Shown here: positions 19,967 through 33,400 of the stretch, in pieces
Numbering within the stretch: position 1 is the first letter of the stretch
Layout: the number at the start of each line of letters is the position of its first letter
From: an uncultured Chloroflexia bacterium
Lineage (GTDB): Bacteria; Chloroflexota; Limnocylindria; Limnocylindrales; CSP1-4
Assembly: GCA_963712745.1 (NCBI GenBank)
Contig: CAVQJC010000017.1
Location: forward strand, 192,001 to 256,000
DNA length: 64,000 bases
Direction of reading: 5' to 3'
The notes under the pieces: generated by a model
Told to the model about the DNA's origin: nothing
Seen by the model: the letters and a program-made list of their open reading frames with translations, nothing else
The model's database searches: none
Translations under genes and position numbers: made by a program

Positions 19967-21202
19967 GTGACACGTGATCCGCAACGTCGGCTCCGGGAGG
20001 TTTGGATCGTCGACGCGCTCCGAACGCCCATCGGCCGTCGTGGTGGGGCGTTGAGTCGCGTCCGACCGGACGACCTGGCGGCGCTGGTCGTCGGCGCGGC
20101 CGTCGAGCGCAGCGGCGTCGACCCCTCGGCTGTCGATGACGTCGTCCTCGGCAACGCCAACGGGGCGGGCGAGGACAATCGCAACGTCGCGCGTATGGCT
20201 GTGCTCCTGGCAGGCTTGCCCGTGGAGGTCGCGGGTCAAACGGTCAACCGCCTCTGTGGTTCGGGTCTGCAAGCGGTCAACTCCGCAGCGCACGCCATCA
20301 TGGCCGGCGATGCCGAGGTCATGGTGGCCGGCGGCGTCGAGTCCATGAGCCGTGCCCCCATGGTCGAGCTGAAGCCGGGACCCGACGCTCCGGACGCCGG
20401 ACCGGAGCGAGCCGACTCCACCCTCGGCTGGCGGTTCGTCAATCCCCGCCTGGAGGAGCGCTACCCGGTCGTGACACTGGGGGAGACGGCCGAGATGGTG
20501 GCCGACCTCTGGGGCGTCAGCCGCGAGCAGCAGGACGCCTTCGCGCTCGAGAGCCAGAGACGGGTGGCCGCGGCTATCGAGGCGGGGCAATTCGACGACC
20601 AGATCGTGCCCGTGGCAGTGCCGGCGGCGGATGGGCGGCCCGGCCTCGTCGATCGGGATGAGCATCCACGCCCCGAAAGCAGCAGCGAGGCCCTGGCCGC
20701 GTTGGAACCGGTCTTCCGCGAGGGCGGCACCGTCACGGCCGGCAACGCCTCAGGCATCAACGACGGTGCAGCCGCACTCGTCCTTGTCGAGGCCGATCGC
20801 GCTCGAGCGCTCGGCCTGAGGCCGATGGCGCGCATCGTCAGTACCGCTGTCGCGGGCGTGGATCCATCGGTCATGGGCATGGGCCCCGTGCCGGCCACGC
20901 GCAAGGCCCTGGAGCGGGCTGGACTTTCGGTCGGCGACCTTGACCTCATCGAGCTCAACGAGGCTTTCGCCAGCCAGTCGGTCGCCTGCATCGCCGAGCT
21001 CGGGCTCGATCCCGGCAGGGTCAACGTCAACGGCGGCGCCATCGCCCTGGGACACCCGCTGGGCATGAGCGGCGCGCGGCTCATGGTCATGCTCGTGCAC
21101 GAGTTGAAGGCCCGCGATGCACGCTACGGGCTGGCCACCATGTGCATCGGCGTGGGCCAGGGTATCGCCACCGTCGTCGAGAACGTCGAGGTCGGTGACT
21201 AG
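19967..21202 (+). CDS. Acetyl-CoA C-acyltransferase (thiolase, PcaF/PaaJ-like)
   Basis: [31 protein letters not shown]; [10 protein letters not shown] typical of PcaF/PaaJ-like thiolases. Confidence 0.93.
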   Translation: MTRDPQRRLREVWIVDALRTPIGRRGGALSRVRPDDLAALVVGAAVERSGVDPSAVDDVVLGNANGAGEDNRNVARMAVLLAGLPVEVAGQTVNRLCGSGLQAVNSAAHAIMAGDAEVMVAGGVESMSRAPMVELKPGPDAPDAGPERADSTLGWRFVNPRLEERYPVVTLGETAEMVADLWGVSREQQDAFALESQRRVAAAIEAGQFDDQIVPVAVPAADGRPGLVDRDEHPRPESSSEALAALEPVFREGGTVTAGNASGINDGAAALVLVEADRARALGLRPMARIVSTAVAGVDPSVMGMGPVPATRKALERAGLSVGDLDLIELNEAFASQSVACIAELGLDPGRVNVNGGAIALGHPLGMSGARLMVMLVHELKARDARYGLATMCIGVGQGIATVVENVEVGD

Positions 21203-21284
21203 CCGGGGCCAGCCGGATCGAGGCGGAGCGGGAACATCGCTACTGGACGGGTTGCGGCTGCGAGTGAGCCCGCGCGCTCGGGTG

Positions 21285-21866
21285 CTAGTACCGCTTGCCG
21301 TAGAAGTCGTAGACGACCATGACCACGCCGTGACGGTAGGCCACGCCCACGCCCACGCTCTTGTAGCCGCCATTCTTGATGTTGCGCCAGTGGCCACCGT
21401 TGACCGCGTGCTCAGCCTGGAACATGCGGTGCGTCTTGAGCACGACCTGCTTGGGTGAGCCAGAGCCCCAGCCGCAGCCGACGTTCTCGCCGTAGTAGCC
21501 GTAGCCGAAGCCCTTGGCCGCCAAGCGGACGCCCAGGTCCGGCTTGCCCGCGATGCTGTGACCGCAGACCTCGTACTGGACCATGTTCCGCGCCCACTTG
21601 AAGGCGACCTTCTTGCTGATGCCCGTGTGCCGGCGCAACGGCGCTCGATAGGTCGAGTGCTTGCCGCTACCACGACCGACGCAGGTGCCGTCGGACTTGA
21701 CCCAGCCGCCGGTGCGGGTGCAGTTCATGAGGCTGACGGCGTACTTCTCGGCGCCCCAATGGCGCTTGACGGTGTCGGCGGCGGACGCAGGTGCGGCCGT
21801 CGCGACGGCCATGGCCAGGCCCAGGCCGAGCGCGAGTGAAGTCGCGCGTCCAAGTCCGCGAGTCAT
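21285..21866 (-). CDS. Secreted CAP/SCP-domain protein
   Basis: Signal peptide; GENVG, GHWRNI, SVGVGVA. Confidence 0.82.
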   Translation of the reverse strand: MTRGLGRATSLALGLGLAMAVATAAPASAADTVKRHWGAEKYAVSLMNCTRTGGWVKSDGTCVGRGSGKHSTYRAPLRRHTGISKKVAFKWARNMVQYEVCGHSIAGKPDLGVRLAAKGFGYGYYGENVGCGWGSGSPKQVVLKTHRMFQAEHAVNGGHWRNIKNGGYKSVGVGVAYRHGVVMVVYDFYGKRY

Positions 21867-22010
21867 GTCCGCAGGTTGCCCGCGAGGACCGCCGTGGCCC
21901 ATCACCCGGGCGTACGGCTCGCCACCGCGGCAGACTGCCCCTCCACGCACAACCAGGCCCGCCGGCCCCCGGTATCAGCGCCTCCCCGAGGGTCCCCCAC
22001 GAACGAGCGC

Positions 22011-22040
22011 TTGCTCAATCCTTAGCGTCTGGGTAGGATT
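22011..22040 (+). promoter_or_regulatory. Promoter of the Fe-S carrier gene with overlapping palindromic operator (Rrf2/IscR-like candidate)
   Basis: TTGCTC-17 nt-TAGGAT; palindrome AATCCT-N12-AGGATT at 22017-22040. Confidence 0.55.
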
Positions 22041-22104
22041 TAGACCGGCAGTCGGCGATCCAGCTGGCCGCCTCAGTCGATCCAGTCCCGGAGGTCCTCA
22101 CTCG

Positions 22105-22527
22105 ATGCTCGAGACGCAGCCCCAGACCCCACAGACCGTCCCGGCCGCCGAGCCCGAGGTCGCCCCCCTCGTCACACTCTCGGACGCAGCCGTGGCCAGG
22201 CTCACCGAGCTGACCAAGGACGAGGCCGACCCCAACGTCGGCTTGCGCGTCTACGTCTACAGCGGTGGCTGCAGCGGCTATCGCTACGGCATGATGCTCG
22301 AGGACCAGCCGGCCGAGGAGGACGTCAAGGTCACCTCCAAGGGCATCAATGTCTACGTCGATCCGCAGTCCACCAAGTTACTGCAGGGCTCGGAGATCGA
22401 CTACGTCGACACGCTCATGGGGGCCGGCTTCACGGTCAACAACCCCAACGCCGTCTCCGGCTGCGGCTGCGGTAGCAGCTTCCGCACCGAGGAATCGGCC
22501 GGGGCCCCGGGAGCCTGCGGCCACTGA
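22105..22527 (+). CDS. A-type iron-sulfur carrier protein (HesB/IscA/ErpA family)
   Basis: GGCSGYRY and NPNA...CGCGSSF motifs. Confidence 0.95.
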   Translation: MLETQPQTPQTVPAAEPEVAPLVTLSDAAVARLTELTKDEADPNVGLRVYVYSGGCSGYRYGMMLEDQPAEEDVKVTSKGINVYVDPQSTKLLQGSEIDYVDTLMGAGFTVNNPNAVSGCGCGSSFRTEESAGAPGACGH

Positions 22528-22552
22528 TCGGCTGACCGACCTCCGCTCCTGG

Positions 22553-22581
22553 GAGGGCGGGCCCGCCAGGGCTCGCCTTTC
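22553..22581 (+). terminator. Probable intrinsic terminator or attenuator
   Basis: GAGGGCGGGCCC-GCCA-GGGCTCGCCTTTC. Confidence 0.55.
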
Positions 22582-22605
22582 TGATTCCATGCGACGATTC
22601 GATTC

Positions 22606-23469
22606 GTGACCCAGATCCCGCTCTTCCCGCTGCGCTCCGTGCTCTGTCCGGGCGTGGCCTTGCCGCTGCACATCTTCGAGGAGCGCTATCGCCTCATGGT
22701 CAATCGCTGCATCGAGCGCGACGAGCCCTTCGGCGTGATCCTGCTGCGTGAAGGACATGAGGTCGGGCCCCTCCGCGGCGAGGTCGCCTCGGTGGGCACG
22801 ACCGCCGTCATCCGACGTGCAGGCACCTATCCCGACGGGCGACTCGACATCCTCACGGTGGGCCAGCAGCGCTTCCGCCTCGACGGCGTCGACAACGTCT
22901 CCCAGCCCTACCTCGTCGGCCGGGTGAGCCTGCTCGAGGAGCCGACCGGCCCGGAGCCGGAGCTCAGCGTCCGCGCCGAACGCGTCGGCCGCCGCTTCCT
23001 CGAGTATCTCGAGCTGCTGCAGCCCGAAGGCGTGTCCGACGGACCGGAGATCGAGATCGAGTTCGAGATCGACGTCGAGGGCGACGACGAGCCCGAGGGT
23101 CGCGGAAGTGCCGTCCCAGCAGAGGCCCCCGACGACCGCGCCGGCAGTGCCGAGGGCCCGGCCGACGCAGCCGAGCTCGTGGTGCAGGAGCTCGACGCGG
23201 CGGATCTGCCGCCCGAACAGCGGCGCGAGCTGCTCATGTCCGCGGCCCGACGCCTGACCGGTACCGACGACCATACGGCTCTCTCGTACGTGCTCACCGC
23301 GCTCATCCAGGTCGACCTGACGGCCCGCCAGGAGCTGCTCGAGATGCCCGATACGATCTCTCGGCTGGTCCGCCTCGAGGCCATGCTCTCGCGCGAGAGC
23401 TGGTTCCTCAGGCAGGGCCTGCGGCCCATCATCGTCGATCCGGGGCAGGGCCGCGGTCAACGCGGCTGA
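22606..23469 (+). CDS. LON peptidase substrate-binding (Lon N-domain-only) protein
   Basis: IPLFPL...LPLHIFEERYRLMV...FGV; no AAA+ or protease domain. Confidence 0.88.
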   Translation: MTQIPLFPLRSVLCPGVALPLHIFEERYRLMVNRCIERDEPFGVILLREGHEVGPLRGEVASVGTTAVIRRAGTYPDGRLDILTVGQQRFRLDGVDNVSQPYLVGRVSLLEEPTGPEPELSVRAERVGRRFLEYLELLQPEGVSDGPEIEIEFEIDVEGDDEPEGRGSAVPAEAPDDRAGSAEGPADAAELVVQELDAADLPPEQRRELLMSAARRLTGTDDHTALSYVLTALIQVDLTARQELLEMPDTISRLVRLEAMLSRESWFLRQGLRPIIVDPGQGRGQRG

Positions 23470-23511
23470 AGCCCGCTCCGGCACACCAAGAAGCCTCGCC
23501 CACACCAAGAA

Positions 23512-23546
23512 GCCCCGTCGCCGGTGCCTGCACCGAACGACGGGGC
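23512..23546. terminator. Hairpin between convergent genes
   Basis: GCCCCGTCG..CGGTGC ct GCACCG..CGACGGGGC. Confidence 0.55.
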
Positions 23547-23561
23547 CTGGTAGGTGGGGCG

Positions 23562-24652
23562 CTAGCCCTGCGGCCAGCTGGCGGGTGGTTGTCCGTCCTG
23601 TGGTGGCCACTGACCCCCCTGGGCCGGTGGCGGCGCGTACGGTGGCGGCGCGTACGGCGGCGGCGCGTACGGTGGCGGCGCACCTGCATCGGCTGCCCGT
23701 AGGGCATGCCCCCGTAGCCCGGAGGCACGGGCGGAACGCCACCGCCGCGCAGGACGCGCCAGCCGGCCAGGGTCACCGCGCCGGTGCCGAAGATGCCTGC
23801 CAGCAGCGGGACCACGCCGGTCCAGGACAGCAGCATCAGGATGAGCACGCCCAGGAACGCCGCGCCGTAGGGCCGCCTGGCCGTGCGGGCGCGAGGCAGG
23901 ATGCGCTCGCCGATCCAGGTGCCTACCACGACCTGGCCGAGGAAGACCACCAGGCCCCAGACCACGAGCAGGCCGATGGCCAGCGGGATGCCCACGATGG
24001 TGGCAACAAGCAGCCCGAAGACGAGCGACGGGATGACCAGCATCAACAGGCCCACGACGATGGTCTTGAGCACGTCGTTGCTGATGGTGGCTCCAGCGCG
24101 GCGGGTCTGATCGGTGCCGAAGGCGATGACCAGCAGCGTCATCGCCAGCATCGCGATGAAGGCGCCGATGGCCACGAAGATGATGACCACGATGAGCAGC
24201 GCGACGACTGCCGCCAGGGCGCCCACGAGCTCGTCCTGGGCGTCGGCGACCTCACCGGTCACGGTCACGGTCGCTTCGTCGATGCTGACCTCGGTGCCGC
24301 TGTAGAAGGCATCACCGACCGTTGCGCCCTGGTCGATGGTGAGGCTGCCGGAGATGGTAAAGATCCTCTCGATGGCGGCGGTGGAGCCACGGACGGTGAC
24401 ATCCGCATCGACGGCTACGAGGCTCTCCACGTTGCCCTCGATGAGCGCGGCGCCGTCGACGATGACGATGCCGTCCGCCTGGTCGGTGGGTCCGACCGCG
24501 ACGTCGCGCTTGATGCTGACGACGACGCTGTCGTCCTCATTGGCCAGCAGCCAACCCTTGTTCTCTTCCTCGACCTGGGCGGCCGCCGGCAGTGCGCCGA
24601 TCAGCAGCACGGTCATCGCGAGCAGCAACGCTCGCAGCACGTTCCGTTGCAT
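23562..24652 (-). CDS. Membrane protein with exported bactofilin-like beta-helix, several TM helices and Pro-rich tail (1-nt frameshift near 23683)
   Basis: Signal peptide, V/I-x-G-x-V repeats, TM block; adding one G at CAGG restores MQGAPPPYAPPPYAPPPYAPPPAQGGQW...PQG-stop at 23562. Confidence 0.65.
23625..23681. repeat. 15-bp coding tandem repeat (about 3.8 copies; PPPYA on the minus strand)
   Basis: CGGTGGCGGCGCGTA at 23625 and 23640, a one-base variant at 23655, partial copy at 23670. Confidence 0.9.
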
Positions 24653-25004
24653 CTGGACCCCTCTCTGCTCTGGTTGTCATGCCAGCGTACCCGCGATGGG
24701 TGCAGTCGGCCAGCCGGGCAGCCCCCGTCCCCTGCTGGGGCTAGCCTCACTCTCCCGATTCCTGCTGGCCTCCACGCACCACCGGGCCCTGCAGCCAGGG
24801 TCGGCAGGGGCCGCTCGCCTCTCCAGGAGGTGACCGCTCACCCGCCCCACGGGGGGCCTAGTGGCCCTGCCGCTGACCCCGCATCAGCGGGCACACTATC
24901 CTCGACCCGCGGCCTCCCCCTTGGCCGCGGGACTGATCCCTGACCCGAGTCCACCCAACGGAGATCCGGGTGTCCAAAGCCCACGTATCAAGGAGGCCTG
25001 ACAC

Positions 25005-28636
<3,632 letters not shown>

Positions 28637-28640
<4 letters not shown>

Positions 28641-29665
28641 CCGTCGATCTCAGCACCCGCTACCTGGGGCTCGAGCTTCGCTCACCGCTCGTCGTCTCAG
28701 CCAACCCGCTGACCCGCGATCCAGTCGTGGTCGCCGAGTTCGAGGAAGCCGGCGCTGGTGCCATCGTCATGCCCTCGCTCTTCGAAGAGGAGATCGAGAA
28801 CGAAGAGATCGAGCTGGCGGCATCGCTCGACCAGGGGACCGAGGGTTTCGCCGAGGCGCTCGACTACTTCCCCGAGGTCGACACCTTCATCGGTGAGGGC
28901 GACCGCTACCTGCGCGCGCTCGACCGCATCAAGGGCCAGGCTTCGGTGCCCATCATCGCCAGCCTCAACGCCAACTCGGTGGGCGGCTGGGTCCGTTTCG
29001 CCAGGCTCATGGCCGATGCCGGCGCCGATGCCCTGGAGCTGAACCTCTACCGCATCACCGTCGACCGCACCAGGAGCGCGGCCGACGTGGAGGAGGAGGA
29101 CCTCGATCTCATCGCGGCCGTGCGGGCCGCGGTCAACCTGCCCCTGGCGGTCAAGCTGAGCCCGTACTACTCGGCGCTGGCGAACTTCGCCGGCAAGGTG
29201 GTGGAGGCCGGAGCCAACGGGCTCGTGCTCTTCAACCGCTTCTACCAGCCGGACATCGACCTCGACGAGCTGGCGGTGGTGCCGCGGGTGAGCCTGAGCC
29301 ACCCCTCGGAGTTGCGCCTGCCGATGCGCTGGACCGCCATCCTGCGTCCGCAGCTGGGTCCGGAGGTCGCCATCGCGGCCACGTCCGGCATCCACAGCGG
29401 CGCGGACGCGATCAAGGCCCTGATGGTCGGTGCCGACGTGGCCATGCTGGCCTCGGCCGTGCTGCGCGACGGACCCCGCAAGATCGCCGATATCGAGGAC
29501 GAGATGCGGACTTGGCTCGTGGAGAACGAGTACAGCTCTGTGACCCAGCTGCGCGGTTCGGCCAGCCAGGGCAGCGTCGAGGATCCGGGCACGTTCGAAC
29601 GCGCCCAGTACATCCGCACCCTGCACTCCTGGAGCGCCCCGGCGAACCTGACGGCCCGGGCGTAG
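28637..29665 (+). CDS. Dihydroorotate dehydrogenase-like flavoprotein (nifJ-associated type)
   Basis: YLGLELRSP, SLFEEEI, LELNLY, VKLSPY, LFNRFYQPD, ATSGIH; GTGA overlap with nifJ. Confidence 0.9.
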
Positions 29666-29689
29666 ACGCTACCTCCTCCGCAGCCCATC

Positions 29690-29718
29690 AGAGCGCCCGG
29701 CAGCACGCCGGGCGCTCT
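29690..29718. terminator. Hairpin terminator after the nifJ operon
   Basis: AGAGCGCCCGGC-AGCAC-GCCGGGCGCTCT, 12-bp perfect stem. Confidence 0.7.
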
Positions 29719-29813
29719 TCGAATCGGCCTACTCGCCGAGCAGGCGTGCGCACGGCGCGACCTGCTGAAGGGAGCAGGCCGCCTGGGGCCAGCTAGCTGT
29801 ACGTGCGGCCGTC

Positions 29814-30254
29814 TCAGTCGGTCGGGGAGAGAGCCGCGACCGAGCGCAGGACGAAGCGGGTCTCGGTCTCGGATACGAGGCCGTGGGCCTTGAGCTCGCC
29901 CAGGAGTCGGTCGACGGCAGCGAGGTCCTCGAAGTGGCCGGCCACGAGATAGTCGTGCTGACCGGTGACGTGGTGAGCCTCGGTGATCGCCTCGTGCAGC
30001 GCGAGCTCCGATTCGAAACGCTCACCGCGGACCCCCGGTGCGAGCTTGACGTCGATATACGCATGGATGGGGCGGCCAAGCGCAGCCCAGTCGCGGCGCA
30101 CCGCGAAGCCGGTGATGACACCAGCCCGTTGCAGGCGACGCACCCGTTCGGCCGCCGCGTTGGGGGAGAGGTGCACGGCCGCCGCCAGCTCGCCCCAGCG
30201 CATGCGGCCATTGGCATCCAGAGCACGGAGGATATCTCGGTCGATACGGTCCAT
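29814..30254 (-). CDS. Lrp/AsnC family transcriptional regulator
   Basis: MDRIDRDILRAL...LS...ERVRRL...GVI; HVTGQHDY. Confidence 0.93.
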   Translation of the reverse strand: MDRIDRDILRALDANGRMRWGELAAAVHLSPNAAAERVRRLQRAGVITGFAVRRDWAALGRPIHAYIDVKLAPGVRGERFESELALHEAITEAHHVTGQHDYLVAGHFEDLAAVDRLLGELKAHGLVSETETRFVLRSVAALSPTD

Positions 30255-30335
30255 AGCTGAGATTATCTCAGCCTGTGCTCGAATCGTGTCGGTAGTCCGC
30301 GACTATTGCTGCGGGATGACCGTCAGGATGGGTAC

Positions 30336-30956
30336 ATGAGTCCGACCGCGGTCCTTGGCTTCGCCGCCGTGTCGGTGGCCATCATCGTGGTGCCCGGTCC
30401 CAGCGTCCTCTTCGCGGTCGGTCGCGCCATCGCCGTCGGCCAGCGGCGGGCGCTCTTGACGGTACTCGGCAACGCCATGGGGCTGTTCCTGCAGGTCGTG
30501 GTCGTGGCTCTTGGCCTCGGTGTCATCGTCACCGCCTCGGCCGGGGTCTACGCCCTGGTGAAGCTCTTGGGGGCGGCCTACCTCGTCTGGCTCGGTCTCA
30601 GCGCCATCCGCAACCGTGCCGAGGCCTCGTCGCCGTTCGACTCAGAGGCCAACAAGGACCCGTCGCGGCCGCTGCTCGACGGGCTGGTGGTCGGGGCAAG
30701 CAACCCCAAGTCCCTCGTCTTCCTGGCCGCACTGCTCCCCCAGTCGGTCGACCCCACAGCTGGCGCCGTGGCCGCCCAGATGATGCTGCTGGGGGCGGTC
30801 TTCTGCGCCATCGCCCTTGTCTGCGATGGCGCCTGGGCCCTGGCCGCGGCACGGGCCCGCTCGTGGTTTGCGACCGATCCCAGTCGGCTCGCAGGGCTGT
30901 CGCTGGCCGGAGGGCTGGTGATGGTGGGGCTGGGCCTGCTGCTGGCGGCGAGTTAG
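30336..30956 (+). CDS. LysE/RhtB family amino-acid exporter
   Basis: PGPS, GAAYLVWLG, SNPK motifs; divergent from the Lrp gene. Confidence 0.92.
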   Translation: MSPTAVLGFAAVSVAIIVVPGPSVLFAVGRAIAVGQRRALLTVLGNAMGLFLQVVVVALGLGVIVTASAGVYALVKLLGAAYLVWLGLSAIRNRAEASSPFDSEANKDPSRPLLDGLVVGASNPKSLVFLAALLPQSVDPTAGAVAAQMMLLGAVFCAIALVCDGAWALAAARARSWFATDPSRLAGLSLAGGLVMVGLGLLLAAS

Positions 30957-31546
30957 CGCACGCCCTCGCGCGAGGTTCGTGCCTGCCACTCCGCGGCCAG
31001 GATGCCCATGGTCAGCTCATCCCAGCGCCGGCCGTCGCGCACGATGGCCTCGCGGTGGCGTCCCTCGACCGCGAACCCGGCCTTCTCGTAGCTGCGGACA
31101 GCGCGGACGTTGAAGTCGAAGACCGAGAGCGCCACCCGGTGCAGACCGATTCGCTCGAAGGCCAGCCACAACATCAGCTCGGTCGCCTCGGTGCCATAGC
31201 CCATGCCCCAGACGTCGGGTTCGCCGATGCTGATGTGGAACAGCGCTGAGCTGTTGTCGGGGTCCATGTTGCTGAAGGTCGTGGAGCCGATGAGCCGCCC
31301 GCCGTCGCGCACGGTGATGGCGTAGCCGACCTGTTCGGACGACATCAGGCGGCTGTGGAAGAAGCGGTCGATGTCATCGTCGCTCATCGGCCGCAGCGAG
31401 TAGCGGGTGAGGCGGGCCAGCTCGGGATCGCGGTACCAGCGCCGCACGGCCCCGAGGTCCTCGTGACGATGGTGGCGCAGCACTATGCCGGAGCCGGGGA
31501 TCGTGGCGGGATGCCAGACCTGCCGCTGCTGCTCGACTGTGACCAT
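30953..31546 (-). CDS. GNAT acetyltransferase, RimJ/RimL type
   Basis: WGMGYGTEA, LHRVAL.V...N.RA...YEKAGF..EG. Confidence 0.9.
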   Translation of the reverse strand: MVTVEQQRQVWHPATIPGSGIVLRHHRHEDLGAVRRWYRDPELARLTRYSLRPMSDDDIDRFFHSRLMSSEQVGYAITVRDGGRLIGSTTFSNMDPDNSSALFHISIGEPDVWGMGYGTEATELMLWLAFERIGLHRVALSVFDFNVRAVRSYEKAGFAVEGRHREAIVRDGRRWDELTMGILAAEWQARTSREGVR

Positions 31547-31611
31547 CGGCGCCGATGCTAACCCACCCACAGCGCCCCGGGGCGCTGCCCCCGCCGCTCT
31601 ACGATGTACCG

Positions 31612-33363
31612 ATGACCACGGTGGATGCAGGCGCGATGCACAGGTGGGCGGAGACGGCCGAGCGGATCGGCGCCACGCGCAAGACATCGGAGAAGGCGGA
31701 CACCGTGGCCGAGTACCTGCGCACGCTCGACGATGACGACCTGGCCACCGCCGTGGTGTTCCTCAGCGGCCGCCCGTTTCCCGAGCGAGATCAGCGCAGG
31801 ACCGGGCTCGGCTGGCGTGTGGTGAGTACGGTGGTGCAAGGCGTCGCCGGTGCGGACGACGGGGCCATGCGTCGGGCCTACGACCGCTCCTCCGACGTAG
31901 GCACGGCCGTTGCGGAACTCCTGGCCGAGGTCGGTCACCGACCGCCACCGGGGTCGGCGCCCCTGACCCTGGCCGATGTCGCCTCCGCCTATGACGCGCT
32001 GGCCGGCGCGCGCGGCCGCGAGGCCAAGGCAGCCATATTCGCCGACCTGGTGCGCCGGGCCGAGCCGCTGAGCGCTCGCTATGTCACGGCCATCCTGGGT
32101 GGGGAGCTTCGCATCGGCCTGCGCGAGGGGCATCTGGAGAAGGGCATCGCTCTCGCCTTCGGACGAGACCTGTCGGCGGTGCAGTGGGCGGGCATGCTCA
32201 CTGGAGACATCGGCCGGACCGCCCGCCTGGCCCGCGAGGATGCCCTCGACAGCGCCCGCCTGGCGCTCTTCCACCCGCTCAAGTCGATGCTGGCCTCGGC
32301 GGTAGCGGACGAGGCCGAGGCAATGACGCGCCTCTCGCCGCCGGCATGGGTAGAGGACAAGTACGACGGTATCCGCGCGCAGCTGCACGTGGAGGGCTCC
32401 GAGGTCCGATTGTTCAGCCGCGACCTCAACGACATCAGCGGCCAGTTCCCCGAGGTCAACGAGGCGGCGGCCGGGGCCGGCTGGGCTGGCATCCTCGATG
32501 GTGAGATCCTGGGCTGGAAGGACGGGGCAGTGCTGCCGTTCCTGGCGCTGCAGACGCGGCTCGGGCGCAAGAAACCATCGCCGGAGGTGCTCGCCGAAGT
32601 GCCGGTCATCTACGTCGCCTTCGACGTGCTGGCGCTGGGCGAGGGAGGGGCTTCGCCACAGCCGGTCCTGCGCCGGCCGCTGCGGGAGCGGCGTGCACTC
32701 CTCGAAGGGCTCGGGCTGGCGACGACCCCTGGCTTCGGCCTGGCCTCGCTCGTCGATGCCTCGGATGAACGGGAGCTCGAGCGCATATTCGCCCAAGCCC
32801 AGGAGCGCGGCAACGAGGGCCTGATGCTCAAGGACCCCGAGTCCAGCTATGCCCCCGGCCGCCGGGGCTACGCCTGGCTCAAGCTCAAGAAGGCGCTCAC
32901 CACGCTCGACTGTGTGGTAGTGGGGGTGGAGGTCGGGCACGGCCGGCGGCACGGCTTGCTGTCCGACTACACCTTCGCCGTGATCGATGACCGCCCCGAC
33001 GCGGCCGAGAGCTCCCTTGTCACCATCGGCAAGGCCTACAGCGGGCTGACCGACGCCGAGATCGCGCAGATGACGCGCTGGTTCGAGGCCCACACCATCG
33101 AAAGGCACGGGCGCTACCGCCGCGTGGAGCCGACGGTGGTCGTGGAGATCGCCTTCGACGTGATCCACGCCTCCAACCGGCACAAGTCCGGGTACGCGCT
33201 GCGGTTCCCGCGCATCGTCCGCATCCGCGAGGACAAGGGACCGGCCGAGGTCGATGCGCTGAGCACCGTGGCCGCCCTCCACGAGCGGTTGCAGCTGGCC
33301 GGTCGCTACGGCGTGCTCACCGCCGGCGCTCCCGATTCGGACGACGAAAGTGGCTCGGGCTGA
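31612..33363 (+). CDS. ATP-dependent DNA ligase (LigB-like)
   Basis: Motif I EDKYDGIRAQ, LDGEI, AFDVL, EGLMLK, WLKLK, LRFPR. Confidence 0.95.
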   Translation: MTTVDAGAMHRWAETAERIGATRKTSEKADTVAEYLRTLDDDDLATAVVFLSGRPFPERDQRRTGLGWRVVSTVVQGVAGADDGAMRRAYDRSSDVGTAVAELLAEVGHRPPPGSAPLTLADVASAYDALAGARGREAKAAIFADLVRRAEPLSARYVTAILGGELRIGLREGHLEKGIALAFGRDLSAVQWAGMLTGDIGRTARLAREDALDSARLALFHPLKSMLASAVADEAEAMTRLSPPAWVEDKYDGIRAQLHVEGSEVRLFSRDLNDISGQFPEVNEAAAGAGWAGILDGEILGWKDGAVLPFLALQTRLGRKKPSPEVLAEVPVIYVAFDVLALGEGGASPQPVLRRPLRERRALLEGLGLATTPGFGLASLVDASDERELERIFAQAQERGNEGLMLKDPESSYAPGRRGYAWLKLKKALTTLDCVVVGVEVGHGRRHGLLSDYTFAVIDDRPDAAESSLVTIGKAYSGLTDAEIAQMTRWFEAHTIERHGRYRRVEPTVVVEIAFDVIHASNRHKSGYALRFPRIVRIREDKGPAEVDALSTVAALHERLQLAGRYGVLTAGAPDSDDESGSG

Positions 33364-33400
33364 GCGATGATGTGTCGGTGATCCCACTGCGAGAGAGGCT

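Noticed and set aside
24653-25004. ncRNA in the intergenic region before nifJ
   Set aside because: Only GC-rich short hairpins; no recognisable riboswitch or RNA-gene motif
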